This document shows positions 48,169-61,875 of a stretch of 64,000 bases of DNA, one piece after another. The notes beneath the pieces were generated by a model. It made no database searches. It was not told the origin of the DNA and saw only the letters and a program-made list of their open reading frames with translations. The stretch covers positions 1,515,817-1,579,816 of the forward strand of contig MU006090.1 in the NCBI GenBank assembly GCA_010093705.1. Direction: 5' to 3'. Numbering within the stretch: position 1 is the stretch's first letter; each line of letters opens with the position of its first letter. The position numbers were made by a program, and so were the translations under genes. Source of the DNA: Patellaria atrata CBS 101060. Taxonomy: Eukaryota.

Positions 48169-51039
48169 ATGTTGCACAGATCGAAGAGTAAAGATCGAGA
48201 CTACAAGCCCCCAGGTCCATCATTCATGAGTCCAAAGCAAGTTTGTCAGTAATTGCTGCTTCGTATTCTCGTCACGACTGCCTAACTTATTGATGTAGCT
48301 GAGTACCTCACAAATCTTAGATCAAACTCGGTATCTCGACCGAACGGATCAAGGCCCTTACCTCCCTCAAAACGCAACAGTACTTCGTTCAATATTATGA
48401 CTTCGCCCACGCTTGTCGGAGACCAATCCTGTGCAGCCGATACCCTCTTCTCCCCACGATCATCTAGTGCATTAGGATCTAGGAGAGAGCCTGCCAGCCC
48501 AGAGAAAATATCTACACTCGCTGGGGAAAGGGGAAGACCGCTTGTACAGGAGCCGCAGCTAGACGTGGACAATTTGAAAACACCTACCAGTCAGCGCACC
48601 GCTTCGCCAGACATGGTATATCAAGAAAGGGGCCAAAGATGGATGGAAAGGCAAGAAACTAGATCTTTGAGCTTAGCGCTCCAGGATATGGACCTGGAAG
48701 AGCAGAAACGGATTCATGCTGCGGCCCAAGATGAAGCTTCTGATCTGGTCTGGAAGCATAAAAATCCGACAACTCCATACAAAACTCCAACGACGCCATA
48801 CAGTTACCGTGAACACCTCCGTCAGGGGAGCTATTCGAGAAGCTTAAGTCAGACACGCAATTCTGCACGCATACAGCAGCGTAAGAGGGGTGACCACGCT
48901 GATGGCTCCGATGAAAGTATGAAAGGTACAGGCGGCGAAAGTGGGAGTAGTAGCAACCAAAGCAGCCGCGTCTCTAGTCTTTCATCAATAAAGGTAGAAG
49001 ATGCTCCTAATCCCAAAGAACAACCTAAGGAGCGAATTGATTCCAACGATGCGAAAGCACAGAAGACCGAGACGGCTGTTCCCAAGGGGCCTTTTTCGAA
49101 CCCAGCAGACAAAATCTACGAAGATCCTGAAAGTACCCTGGTCAAGACAACGGCAGTTCCCTCGGACGCTGCTAAGATCTCTCAGGTGCCCATGAGGAGA
49201 AATCCTTTCTCGAGAGCCCATCTTGCTAGGGACGGGTTTGGACGATCCAATACTGCACCACTACCAGAGACCAAGAGGTTCGATCGATTTGAGATCCATC
49301 GGAATCCACCAACCCAGTCTCGGAATCCGAATTATACTTCAAGCCCTAAGACACTCCAAGAAGAAGGTGAACTGAAGAAGAAGACCGAAGAGGAATCTAT
49401 CCCGAAGAAAGATGGCATTGAGATCAGAAGCGACGACATCCGTTCCGCGACTAGCATGAAACTCAAGGATAGAAGCTCAAAGTTGCCTACTCCTACCTAT
49501 GTCAGCGATAGTCCAAGTCGACCAATTGTTAGCTTTGAGAGTCCAAAAGCGCCTCGAGAATTGGTGCTCCAAGAGAGTCTCGCAGACAATGCTGCTTCCG
49601 AAACAGTTCAATCAACGGGTCCCCGGGCAATGGAGAAGGAGACTCCTAAAACTAATTCTTCAGTCCCCACTATTACGATTGGAGCAGACAAAAAGCCTTC
49701 AGAGAAGTCGTCTACAGCACCGAAACCATATATGCGTGGCTCAGGATCCCAACGTTCATCGGTCCCTTCGATTACCGTACTTGAAGCACCTGTACAACCA
49801 TTCAACAGCCCAGCAGTTCCTTTTATTAAGGTACAGGACACTACATCAAACTCCCCTCTACCTACTATTCAAGTACAGGAGAACAGAAGTCCAAGACATC
49901 CCATCCCCAGGATTAGCGTCCAGGAGGATCGTGGCCCCAAACCCCCTATACCGACGATCAATGTACAAGACGACACTACTACACGACCTCCTATACCAGT
50001 GATTAACGCACAGGAAGAATCCACCCCAAAGAGTTCAAGACGCTCCGTACCAACAATCAACGTATACAACGATCACGCTCCCAGTCCCCTCATCCCAACC
50101 ATAAACGTAGAGGAAGACTCTCCTCGAAAGCCAAGGATCACAGTCAACTCATCCCACGCCCCATCGAAGCTTTCCACTAGACCACTTCCAAACCCAAAGA
50201 CAACCCCATACCGTCCAGGACCCCGCCACGCAGCCTCCGCACCAGTCACCCACACCGGCCACTGGACCCCTTCCAACCGCGGTAACGCAATCCTCTGCAA
50301 CCAATGCGCGCTCCCGATCTCTGGTCGTATTGTGAGCGCCGCAAGCCACCGCTTTCACCCCGAATGCTTCACCTGCTACCACTGCGGCGAGGGTCTCGAG
50401 TGCGTAGCATTCTACCCGGAACCGGACGCCAAACGAGCAGAACGCGTCGACCGCATTCAGCGACGCATGAACGGGGAAGACGTCGAAGGGGAGGAGCGAG
50501 ACGGGGACAAAGGCCTGCGGTTCTACTGCCATCTCGACTTCCACGAGTTCTTTAGCCCCCGGTGCAAGAGCTGCAAGACGCCGATTGAGGGAGAGGTTGT
50601 CGTGGCGTGTGGGGCCGAGTGGCATGTTGGACATTTCTTCTGCGCGCAGTGTGGAGATGTGAGTTTTCTCATACAAATATTCGATTGCTGGAGTGCGTTA
50701 CTGATAGTTATAGCCCTTCGACTCCCAAACCCCCTTTGTCGAAAAGGACGGCTATGCTTGGTGCGTCGGCTGCCATACTAACCGCTACTCGACTAAGTGC
50801 AAGAAGTGCAGGAAGCCGGTTACCGATATGGTCGTTAAGGCTTTGGGCGCTGAGTGGCATCAGAGTTGCTTCTGCTGTGTCGTAAGCCCCCCTTCGTATA
50901 TGTGGATTAAAGCGCATTCGAGGCTAACGCGACGTAGCAATGTAACTCCGAATTCGACGACGGGCGGTTCTTTTTGAAGAATGGGGAGCAGAAAGACCCG
51001 ATTTGTTTCAGATGCGAGGAGATCAGGTTGAAAGCTTAG
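48169..51039 (+). CDS. LIM-domain protein (paxillin-like, three C-terminal LIM domains), 4 exons
   Basis: MLHRSKSK...|EYLTNLRSN...RPNGSRPLP; CNQCALPISG...FHPECFTC; CKSCKTPIEGEVVVACGAEWHVGHFFCAQC; CKKCRKPV...WHQSCFCC. Introns 48245-48298, 50659-50713, 50882-50937. Confidence 0.9.
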
Positions 51040-51380
51040 TTCTGCAGGGGCAGCCGAATCATTCTTTCACAGACACGAGACCGATTTTTCTTTCGTTTGG
51101 ATTCAATTTGATTCGGGTTACGAGTACATGACAGCGTCATCTTCTAGCGTGTGGGGGCATTTGCGGGAGTTTGCTTGCTTGATTTTTCTTGGTTCAGCAT
51201 ATGAAGGTGATTGTAATTGATCTTTAGATACTGCTGTCCATTGGTATCTTGATATTGACCCATCGAGGCCTGATCATGCACTATACAACCCCACCCCTAT
51301 CCATCCGCCTCAAAAATGCCCATACATCTTTAAGGTAACCGTTCATTATATACCAACCGTCGCCGCAACCCAACCCGGGT

Positions 51381-52616
51381 CTATACTATATCATCAACAT
51401 CAACGCTCTCCCCCCTCCTACTCGCCAAATAAATCCTCCCACTCTCATAAACCCCCAGATAGAGCCCACTCCCAACCATAGTCCACACAGCCCTCAGCGC
51501 GCCGCCGGTCCAAAGGCCCCGCACGCCCTCCTTCGCCACGATCTCACGCCCAATAGCCCAGCTGCTCTTGCGCCCATTCCCCTCCCTCTTCCTTACCGCA
51601 GCAAGGGGGTTCGCAGACCCATTGACCGTCTTCCCCATCGCATCGACCAGGACATTCTTCGGCGGTCCCGCCGGTTTAGCCTCCGACTCGCTCCCCGCGC
51701 CCAGCATAATCCGCGTCTTAACAACATCAATCGGCGTCGTGACGACCGCAGCTACGGACCCCGCACTCCCCGCCGACAGCGCCGTAACAACGCCCGTCTC
51801 CAGCAACCCGCCGTTCCACTTCCCCTGCTCCTCGCGCCGGCGGCGCAGCCGCGTCTTCAGCCCCTCGAACATCGGGAACTGCAGCGCCGTGAAGGGGAGG
51901 TTGCGGCCCGCGAGCGCGGTATAGCCCCGCCATAGCGCGAGCGGGTTGGAGCGGAATTTGGAGAGGGTTTGCAGGGTTGCGTTTGCGGAGGAGGAGTGTG
52001 TGCGGTCGACCATCTGCGCATTTTGCTTTATGACTTCGGCGGGGGTGAGGATGGCGCAGGAGACGAGCTCGGCGAGGGAGGAGGCGAGGGAGTGGATGAG
52101 GGGTTGGGGGAGGAGGTGGGTTGGCGCGGTGGCATGGCTGGGGAAGAGTGGGGAGCGGGCGATGGTCGGGTTGTGGGTTGTCAGGAGGGATTTGACGCCC
52201 TCGTAGGAGGTGAAGAATGCGCCGGCTACGTGGGTGTCAGTTTTATCTGATTATTTGATAAGGGTATGGTATGTGGAGATTTGGGATGGTAGGGGAAGGG
52301 GGAGTTTTGAGAGGCACGGTGGGGATGTGTTTACATGACGGCAACGTCGCAATTATGACACTGCCGACGCCTTGGTATAATCCCCTAAACAGGGCCGGTT
52401 TGTTGATCGTTTTCGTAGATTCATTGATGAATAACTTATTATAATCCGGGCTCTGGAGCCGTGTTTTGAGCGTATCGAGGGGGTATACGAGGAGGTCGAC
52501 TGAAAAAGCTGCGAATGCGCCGGCCTGGGGGCTGTCAGTGGGAGGAAAGTTGGGATATGGGTTAATTGGGGGGGACTTACCAGCAGGATGTCGGTGTTGG
52601 TGTTTTTTCCCGACAT
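51381..52616 (-). CDS. Mitochondrial carrier, S-adenosylmethionine carrier (Pet8/Sam5)-like, 3 exons
   Basis: Three Px[DE]xx[KR] carrier signatures (YPLDTLKTRLQ, TPAEVIKQNAQ, TPIDVVKTRIM); RNLPFTALQFP motif typical of SAM carriers. Confidence 0.85.
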
Positions 52617-53254
52617 GGAGCGGTCCCATCAAGCATTGGAAGGTTATGTTGACGTCTTGTATCACCTCGGTGTCCATATCGCCAGATCAGATAGCGGAAA
52701 TCTATCTTTTTTCCTCGATCGGACCGATGCCGGCAACCCCCCCGGGCTACCTGGCCTTACTTAGGTTCCATTAGTATTAATACCAGTGATTTTAGTCAAC
52801 AACAAGGTAATATATACGCTATTCCTCTTACATTCTTCTCGTATTTCATCTCGAAATTGAATTAGCTGCGTAACAGAGTAGTTCTAGGGTTTGGGGGAAT
52901 AAGATGCTAAGCTATCGAGAGATCCTGCTACCCACAACACGTACTCGGTTCAGAAAGATGATATAGTCACAGCGCGGCATGGATCAAAGAAGTGAGAAGA
53001 GTGCCATTAGTCTATTATATAGTCTTACATATGCATGATTCATGCTATGATATTCCTTTTTCTACGCCACGTTGTGTAACACTCGTTTACGCTGAGACGC
53101 CCTTGCAGAATAATATCTCACTCGTTCCCACCCACAGTATGATGCCGTCCAAGCCCAAGTACGTACTACACAGTATTGTGCTCGGTTTTTATGAGTTGAG
53201 ATTCAACATAAAACCAGTACCTTTGAAGTCAATTCATTTCGTCGTGATAGGCTC

Positions 53255-55924
53255 TCACTTTCTCATGATACCCCTTACTACTCCATCCAACACAACGTGA
53301 CCCTTAACAGTCACCTCCTTGATCCCGGTCTCTTCACTACTTCCCACCTGTAGCCATTTCTGCAACAAATCATTGCTTTCCTTTGGTTTGATGGTTTCAT
53401 TAGCTGTTCCAACAGTGACATGAGCGATAGGATTGACAGTCTCAAAGACCGGAGCCTGTCCATTTTCTGCTCCGCTCTGCTGCCCGTTTAGCAGACGGAC
53501 CACAAAACACATAACTCTACCGTCCCACACCAACCGCTCGAGCTGAACTTTACAGTCGCCCATCTTGGCTCCGGGTTTCTGCCACATAGCTCCCGGGCCG
53601 GCTTGCTTGACGGCTTCTCCATGAAGCTGAGAGAGACGCTCCCAGACTCCTTGATGCTCTGGAATAGATGCACGATGGATCAAGGTCACATGGAATTCTG
53701 GTTGAATTCGACGAGACTTATCAAGTTGGTTGTAGAAGCGTGAAGTTTCGGCATCCTGATCGCGAAAAACTGTTGCTAGAATCCTGCCAACATCAGATGC
53801 GGGCAACTGAACCCCAAAATACTCCACCTTTGGATCTTTGCCTGCTTTTGCGGATGCGTTCTGGACTTGTCTCAGCGCAAGGCTTCCTCCATTGGATCGG
53901 GAATTGGATGAGCGACCTAGATCGTGCTTCAAGTCGGGCTTGTAGTCATTCAGAGCAGCCTCGATAGCGTTGTCAAGATCATCGGCGGAAGGCATTTCCT
54001 TGAAGAGTTTGGGGTATTCCGAATGAAGACGCGTGATGACGGTTTCGAGATTGTCGCGAGATGAAGCAGTGGCATCGATATCGATGATAGTCTCAAACAT
54101 ATCATCTGGAGATCCGCTATCGTCAACTGGCTCGAATCTGGAAAGAAATCCCTCCATGATACCGATGATCTCTTCTTGGGATTTGGAGCCTGCTTGAATG
54201 GTCTGGTGGTTATCACCTCGGGATAAGACGCGCTCTCTTGTTGCTTTGCGGATATTATCATAGTTTCCGCGGTCATGAACATACTGAAGCGCCACGAATT
54301 TTACTTCTGGTACAATATTTAAGACATCTGCTATGAGCTGCTTTCGTTCCCGTTTTTGATGGTTATTCCTATCTGCGATCACGACCAAGGAAGTTCCCAG
54401 AGCACTGTAGACTGCTTGAGCAAACATTTGCGGCCGATTCCTGCGACCTATGATGTTGTCGTTTTGAACATGACCCCAGCCAAACAGTTTTGTCAATGCC
54501 ACAGCAACAGTTGTCTTGCCACAACCGATTGTTGCAACTGGCACAAGAACGATGTTCCTAGTAGTCTGGCTATTTTCCACTTCACCACCTTCACGTTCTT
54601 GTCGAATAATATCTGATCCCTTCAGACCCCTTTCTTTCAGGAAGTCATCCCTCATCTTGATAATGCCGTGGTTGTGGTGGTATTCTTTGCCAAGTTGCGG
54701 ATCCTTCTGGAGACAGCGTCGTGCAAAGAGTAGGTATTCCTCCGTGATCTTTTTGTGCTTCCTGACTCTTGGGGATTTGCCGGAAATAATGGCTTTTGTG
54801 CATTCTCGCCATTGTCGATACATGAGATACGGCTCTTCGAACTTGTACTTGAAGAACCAATCATGATACGGACCGTCTCGGAAGTCCTGAGCTTGACACC
54901 GAATGACGAAGCCCTCGGTATCCCGGCCTGCATAATTTCCAGTTTCCGAAACTTCGTCCAGGAAAGCTTTGACCTTCTTGATATCGTTCTCCATCACGTA
55001 CATTACCTTCTTGAAGCCCCATTCGTCGGCAAATTTGTCGACAAATGGTCCTGGGTATGTCGCGAATTCGGGAAGGTTGAGGTTGATCCCATGTAAATAG
55101 AGACCGGCATCTTCGGGTTTGTAAGCAAGGACATGTTCCTCAAAACTGTCGTCGCAAAGTTCAGCAACAGCGGTGGCATTCATTGCTCTGAGTTTCCGTG
55201 CAAGATCTGCTCTGGTCTTCCCAAGTGCCGATAATTGCTTGTCAATCCACCTCTCTCCATTAATTGCATGGCTAAGGTCTGGATTATCCCGGGGACCGGT
55301 GGAATGCTTGCTGCACACAAGCAAAGTATCATCATCCAGACCCGCAATGAAGATGATGCAACCGTTCTCTTTCACGCTGAGCTCATAAGGACCACGTGTG
55401 CTTCGCTGCACGTTTTCCCATCGTGTTGTGCTAACCTCACCATGGTTGAAGAACTTATCGTAGCCTCGAACAGCAATCTCAGGATTCCCATCTAACGTAG
55501 TGTACGTGAATAATCCACGAGCGTACGTGGGTAGGTCAGGTTTCTTGTAGTCCCAATCCTGCATGCGCCATGAATCGACTGTCCTATTTGATGGAAGGTT
55601 GAATGTGTTTTTCCTGACGGAGAAATTGCTCTTGCGACCTTTCTTGGTGTGGGCTTCGAGCTGCTGCACGAGCTCTCTGACCTCCTGTCTATTCTGGGGT
55701 TTGTATGGGGCCTCGTCACGGTGAGCCATGATTTTAGATTGATTCAGAGCTCCAATTTGTGTTGTAGAAAACGCTGCCGAGCGTTGATAAACTATGTGAT
55801 AGACCTGTTGATGATAACGCTGAGTCAGTTTAGCAGACAGCAAAGAGACTTTATATGTTGAAGTAAACAGGCACCAGGTGTGGATACCAATTGAAGATTT
55901 CAAGGCCCTGCCATTTCTATACAT
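53255..55924 (-). CDS. TRL1: Fungal tRNA ligase Trl1 (ligase, kinase, CPDase); conserved part starts at ATG 55729, upstream in-frame ATG at 55924
   Basis: ARGLF, RGYDKFFN, KENG (ligase motif I), EGFVIR, FFKYK; P-loop ATIGCGKTT, DRNNH; two HxT CPDase motifs (FHVTL, AHVTVGT). Confidence 0.96.
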   Translation of the reverse strand: MYRNGRALKSSIGIHTWCLFTSTYKVSLLSAKLTQRYHQQVYHIVYQRSAAFSTTQIGALNQSKIMAHRDEAPYKPQNRQEVRELVQQLEAHTKKGRKSNFSVRKNTFNLPSNRTVDSWRMQDWDYKKPDLPTYARGLFTYTTLDGNPEIAVRGYDKFFNHGEVSTTRWENVQRSTRGPYELSVKENGCIIFIAGLDDDTLLVCSKHSTGPRDNPDLSHAINGERWIDKQLSALGKTRADLARKLRAMNATAVAELCDDSFEEHVLAYKPEDAGLYLHGINLNLPEFATYPGPFVDKFADEWGFKKVMYVMENDIKKVKAFLDEVSETGNYAGRDTEGFVIRCQAQDFRDGPYHDWFFKYKFEEPYLMYRQWRECTKAIISGKSPRVRKHKKITEEYLLFARRCLQKDPQLGKEYHHNHGIIKMRDDFLKERGLKGSDIIRQEREGGEVENSQTTRNIVLVPVATIGCGKTTVAVALTKLFGWGHVQNDNIIGRRNRPQMFAQAVYSALGTSLVVIADRNNHQKRERKQLIADVLNIVPEVKFVALQYVHDRGNYDNIRKATRERVLSRGDNHQTIQAGSKSQEEIIGIMEGFLSRFEPVDDSGSPDDMFETIIDIDATASSRDNLETVITRLHSEYPKLFKEMPSADDLDNAIEAALNDYKPDLKHDLGRSSNSRSNGGSLALRQVQNASAKAGKDPKVEYFGVQLPASDVGRILATVFRDQDAETSRFYNQLDKSRRIQPEFHVTLIHRASIPEHQGVWERLSQLHGEAVKQAGPGAMWQKPGAKMGDCKVQLERLVWDGRVMCFVVRLLNGQQSGAENGQAPVFETVNPIAHVTVGTANETIKPKESNDLLQKWLQVGSSEETGIKEVTVKGHVVLDGVVRGIMRK

Positions 55925-56426
55925 TGAGGGGCAAGTGTGGTGGCGGTGTTGCTTTCTCCCTCGTCATTTGTTTGTTAGGTGAGTCAGTCAAGCAGGAGCA
56001 ACACTCAAGGGACAAGGGAGCTCCGGCATAAGTCTTGGCATCATCCATTTTCGATCACCGCACAAACAGATTACTACATTTGGATATAACACTATCCATC
56101 TTCACACAACTTTCCAAAAAGGCACAAGATGAGCTAAAAATTCCACCTGGAGTCATATGTAATTAATGCGTTGACTCAAGACTGACCTATGGAGTCATCG
56201 AGCAGACAACGCTCCTGATGGTATTCGAATTTGACGTACATAGGGTGAGAACAACCCTTGAATTCGGTATACAAATCATTGCAAAGCTCATCATCACTTG
56301 CACAAGACTATCATTGCTGACTCTTTCGTATACAAAACGTACAATGTATGGGAAATACAAAACGTGACAGATGTACGGGTACTGTACAACATCGCTCTCC
56401 AATTCATATCCAAGCTCGTTTAATAC

Positions 56427-59400
56427 TCAAATAACGTCATTGACAATGTCTCTGAGGACCGGTCTTGAGCCCAACAAACTCTTCTTGCTTAACACTCCAG
56501 TCTTCGCAGGAAGTTTCAACCTCGAGTTTGACTTTGAGGGGCTAATGTCTAATAATGCTTGCCTTCCATTCGTGATAGGACTCTTTATTGTTCGTCGCTT
56601 CTTAATTGGACTGAGTTGTGATTTATTAATAGGACTCTTTCCTCCTTGAGTTCCTGTGGTTTGCGTCCCAAATTCCTCAAAGATATGACTGTCGGTAGCA
56701 CCCGTTGGCAGATTCATCATCCAGCCTTTACTGTCGCAGAGGGTAATGAGGTTCTTAAGAAGTTCATTAGTTCCCAACGTCTTTACACTCCCCATTATGA
56801 CCAACTTGCTCCTCGCTCTGGTAACCGCAACATTGATCCTCCGCCAGTCTTTTAATAGATCGCCAACATTGCCTGCCTCATTGCTTCGTACGCAAGAAAC
56901 GATAATCGCTTCTTTATCCCGTCCTTGGAATTTGTCGGCGGTATGCATTTCAACTCCTGAGTGGTGGCGTAAAGATTGTTTCAGCACAGCTAGTTGTGAT
57001 CTATAGAAAGTAATCACTCCTATTTCTGTAGCGTCGACACCAGTAGCTAACAGAGATTCAACCAGTTGAGAGGTGAGGACAGCTTCCGTAGCATTGGTGA
57101 TGCGAGATCCCGCCTGAACTTCAAAAGCGTTCGGAGCCAAAGTATCTGTATTGATAAAGACCACTTTATTTTGAGATTTGAGGATATGTCCAATCCAACA
57201 AGTATCCTCCTCGTATCCTTGGCACAGACCTGTAGCGTTCACTCTGCTCAAAGATTGGAAAGACACCTCCATCGGAGCATGGTGCTTTGACATTCCTTCT
57301 ATGCGGGGAATAGCTAGAGTTCGCCGCGCTACAGCCTCGTTCCCACATTTGAGCCTTCCGTCATAGATGAGATGGTTTGAAAGGAGCATAACGTCGGAGC
57401 ACATTCGATATTGATGTCCTAAAGTCACCACAGCTTCGGGGTGCTGCTCGGATAGCGACTTAAAAAGGCTCACGTCTAAACCTCCCTCAAGTGCTTCTTT
57501 ATTCTGGACCAAGGGTGGCAACTGAAAATGATCTCCAACTAGGACGAAAGTGTTAGCCATACGGATTGGTCCAAGACAGACTGGTAAGGTAATTTGCGAA
57601 GCTTCATCAACGATACAGTAATCGAATATGCGACGGGAAAAGATCGGATGGTTGATGGTTAGACAGGTCGTGGCAACTACTTGAGGTTCTTCCCAAGACC
57701 GTTCAAGCTCTTCGAGACTCTCCTTCTGTTGCGCACCCAGGATGGCAAATTCTTGGACTTCTGGATGAACCTTGTTGATAGTTCCAAGACGAAGAATTCC
57801 AATATTATCATGTCGAATCTTTAGGAGAATGTTGTCTACCGCAGTGTGCGTGTAAGAAGTCAATAACACGCTCTTTCCTTTAGCAACGAGAGCTCTGATA
57901 ATGTGAGCGATAGTAGTTGTCTTGCCAGTACCTGGCATTCCAAGTACGAGAGCATAATCCTGTGCAGACATAACCTTTTCTATCGCCGCTTTTTGATCCG
58001 AGTTCATGACAGCGTCAGTAGATTGGCCAGGTAGGGGGTTGAAATGGGCGTTAGTTTTGAAAGTTGGGGCCTGGTTTCCGATAATTAGAGAACGAAGCGA
58101 CGACGATTTGTAAACATGATCGTCCATCATCTGGATAAGATTATTCCTCACGGTTGCCATTCCGTTACTAAACTCATCTTTATCTAGGCGGTACAAGATT
58201 GGCCCATCCTGGTCGATAGGAGGCTCAGTTGAACACATTCCGGAAACATCCATAATGCCTGCGAAGCTTTGGTTCAGTTGTGGATGAAAGTCACGTTGCT
58301 TGGTACGAGCATTGTGTAGACGCCTATCCACAGCGACTGTAATTCGTCGTTTATGGACGTTGGTTACGTATCCGTTCGCGAGAGCATAATGACCTTTCTC
58401 GTCTGATATGACTATAGGCTCGCCGATAATGATCTGTGATTCAGCGAAAGAAAAGCCAGAAGTGGACTTGTGTTTCAAAAGTGTGTACCGGAATCTGTTG
58501 ATTTTAGATCCGTGCTCTTCTTCAATAGCAGAGCCAGGCTCGATCACGACTTCGCTGAAGCAGCGTCCGACCCTCTCCCTCTCCGTACTGAGCATTGTCC
58601 ATAGCTCCCTCTTGAACTTCATCATCTCGGACTCCTCCTTTGTCAATAGCGTATTCCATTTCTTGAAGAACTCCTGATCTTGCGTCGTCAAATATTTTAC
58701 TAACTGGTCATATTTATCTTTAGCAACGATGTCTTCTCCAGTGCCATCTTCGGCGAGGTTGTGGTACAAAAAGCAGGTATCGCGCGCGTAACATTTGCCG
58801 CACATGTGAGAATTCTTCAACATCGGAGGAAGTTCTAATCTTTCGCGTACAAAGCAAGCAAGTTGGTTCCGTTGTTGAACCATATGAATGAGTTCGTGAC
58901 GAAGACTTGGAATCCTGGTCATTTCTGAGGTTTCTAAGTAGTATAAGACACCATAAGCTACTTCAATGTCTACGAAAATTTGTTAGTCGAGATGCAGAGT
59001 CTGATGAACAATTTGAGACAAACCATATCGATCGGATAACAACAGAGTATATAATGCGGTCTGAGCACGATGAGATGCATTAGAGTTGCGACCAGTTTTG
59101 ACTTCTAATGGAACCGTGAGAGTTCGTCTTCCATCCTCATCATCCATGACAGCTTGAACGGTTGCGTCAATGTTTCCTTTTAGACCATATGTAGGCGACC
59201 ATACGTGCTCTTCAACATCAAGTAGCTTATTGATCGCCATCGTGATATGTTTCCCGTTTCGTTCTTGAACCTTGGCATTGTTCTAGAAACTGTCAGCTCC
59301 TTAGAAAGCAATAACCTAAGATATTTTAATTTACCGTTGGCACAGGTTTCACAAAAATTGCTGCCCACGATTGTAGTTCAGGAAGCTTACTCTTCAGATG

Positions 59401-61774
59401 ATCAAGAACGTGTGGGACAGTATATCGAATCTCTGCAATACTTTCGAGATGCCTCGAGACGATCTTTTCAATGGTGTTCATGAGCCAGTTAGTATCCCAC
59501 CGGTTAGCTTTCATGGCCTCTTGGAACAACTCATGCAAAATATGCCCGTAGAGTTGGGGCGCGTTAGTATTGCTAGTCGCCTTTACACGATCTTGAAGGA
59601 CGGCTCGTCTAGTGCACCCAAATGAATCCGCTACCACAGTGGCAGATATCAGGTGGTCAGGATGGAGAATGAGCATATTATCCGAGTCTGTAATTAGACA
59701 TTCCCCAGTATGGGTAAAATTGCCTATTACATGAACGTACGACCCTTTGGTACACGGTGAGCCAGCCCACGAGTCACGAAGGGCTATAGCTTTGATCAAC
59801 TTGGTCCTCTCCTCTTCCACAGCTAATACCTGATTTACGTTAGTACACTGAGCTGGAATGAATTTAAGCCCAAATACCTTTTCTTTACGTAAACGGCCTT
59901 TATCGTCATAATATTCACCGTCCACAATGTCCAGAATGAGGTATCGTTGTATAGCCTGTGAACCGTCCTGTCTCTTTATTTCTCAGTTTGCTATTTCATT
60001 TGAATTAAAGAAGGAATGCTCACAGTGTTTTGAATATTCTGTGTCCCACCGCTTGCAATGAATGCCTGCGTTGCTGCAGCTTCAACAGCAGCAAGTTGAT
60101 CTACGTCTATATCATCTCCGCCGAACTCATCGTCAGATGAAGTATCATTTATAGCACTTGTACCCAGGCCTCCTCCTTGGCCATCTTCTTGCTCATTGCT
60201 CTCATTTCGACGCTCCTGCTCCGAATTCGCCGTCTGGGTTACCACATCTTCCTGCATATCGTAGAGAGATGCAATATTTTCCATGTCTGCTGCAAAGAGA
60301 TCCTCCCCATCGCTAAAAGAATCTGAAGCGACATCTGGTGCAGGTGTAGCTGTCTGATTATGGTAACCACTTGTGGTATTCAATGCTGTATCCACGTAGT
60401 CGTTTGTATGAGCTGATACAGTAGGATCAGGCTCGAAACTGAGTGTCTGTGACATGGCTGTCTCATCAACGGCGTCGAAAATCGCATCATCGAGTTCACC
60501 ATCGTCGAACTCGAAGGATTTATTTTTCTGAGGCTCACGAGACTTACTTGGATAAGTACTATCCATGCCATCTTGTTGTGAAGGAGGGCGTCGAAAGGAA
60601 GTAGACAGGTTAACAGCTTCATCACTTTTACTCTCTCGTATTGGTGCTAGTCTCTGTAAGGGAGAAATATTGTCGTCTGGGTGGAAGGTTGCTGCTTCAG
60701 GAAGCGGTGAAGAGCTAGAGGGAGCATGCAGACGATTACGAGTGAATTGTGGAGATCTAGTCATAGTAGCCTGGATCTGTTCCACCAGTAATCCAACCTT
60801 GGACCTTTTGTTCTGTTCGACGCTAGGAGCATCGTCCAATCCTTCTCGGGGTAGGTTATCTTCTTCGTGCTCTCTGAACCGGCCTGTGGTCCTTCTCCGT
60901 TTTGTCTTCGACATCGGCCATTCTAATCCACAGCTCGACCATCGCCGCAGTCCACCAACGCTACCCATAGTAGCTGAAGAGTGTGGTGATGAATCATTGA
61001 TCAGATGTGCGAATACCGCTGTCTTTACTAGTGGTGTTCCTTTATTTGTAGTGCTTAAAGCATACTTATTCCACAGTTCCGCGGCAGGATCAGCTTGTGG
61101 CGTCTTCAATGACTGTTGCATATTCTCTAGGTCAAAAGGTTCCTTGTTTGCTGGGAAGAATGCTGAAGTATCGTTTTGAGAGGAGGAGATAGGGGAAGAG
61201 CTACGGGCTCTCTTCTCACGCTTTCGAACGGTCGTCGCTTTGTCGCCCGGGATATCTGGAGATTGTACATGTGCCCATGTTATACGTTCATCGGGAGATA
61301 TATTCAGACCAGTGCAGTCATTCCCGATATCTTCTATGTTCCCAATGAGATCTGCCAAAGGTAGTCTAGTAGCCGGGGTAGAGGGAGGAGGTTTAGACTG
61401 AGTATTAGCTACGGCTCCCGGTGCCATAGTATTCTCTTTACCCTCCTCTTTGCCCTTCTGGGATATATGGAACGTCTCATTCTTCTTATTTTCTCCTACG
61501 GAGCTTGTCATCGGCCTACCCTCGATGAATTGAAAAGCCTTGAGTTTGGATCTGGATTGGGAAGATGCTTTGATCGGAGAGGCAGGCATTTTGTCCTTCG
61601 GAGCTTGTTCGTTCGTCCGCTGTAGATCATTGGAGTTGCGACCACGATTCCAATACGACTTGTTGCTCTTCATGACTATTAGTTATGATATGGGGTTGGG
61701 TTTTGTTATAATTAGAAACATACCTTCTGCTTGCGATGATCCTGATCAAAGAATGATTTCTGTCGTGTTGACAT
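56427..61774 (-). CDS. DNA2: Dna2 nuclease-helicase, multi-exon
   Basis: ILHPDHLISATVVADSFGCTRRAVL; EEHVWSPTYGLKGNIDAT...LEVKTG (nuclease); CGKCYARDTC Fe-S cysteines; GMPGTGKT, DEASQ, GDHFQLPP, DKFQGRDK, RRINVAVTRAR (SF1 helicase). Confidence 0.97.
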
Positions 61775-61857
61775 AAAGAATACAGAAGAGCGAACTAGAC
61801 TAGATTCGAGGTGCTTGTTTTGTGGTGATCGTCCAGTATCTGGAAGTAGGAAGCGAG

Positions 61858-61875
61858 ACGCGTGAGAAGACGCGT
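61858..61875. promoter_or_regulatory. Two MCB boxes (ACGCGT) upstream of DNA2
   Basis: ACGCGT at 61858-61863 and 61870-61875, about 85-100 bp upstream of the DNA2 ATG. Confidence 0.7.

Noticed and set aside
49750..50150. Repeated P(T/S)I(N/S/Q)V peptide units in the LIM protein
   Set aside because: These are ordinary low-complexity repeats within the coding sequence, not a separate element.
60565..61179. 204-aa plus-strand ORF
   Set aside because: It is antisense to the DNA2 N-terminal exon.
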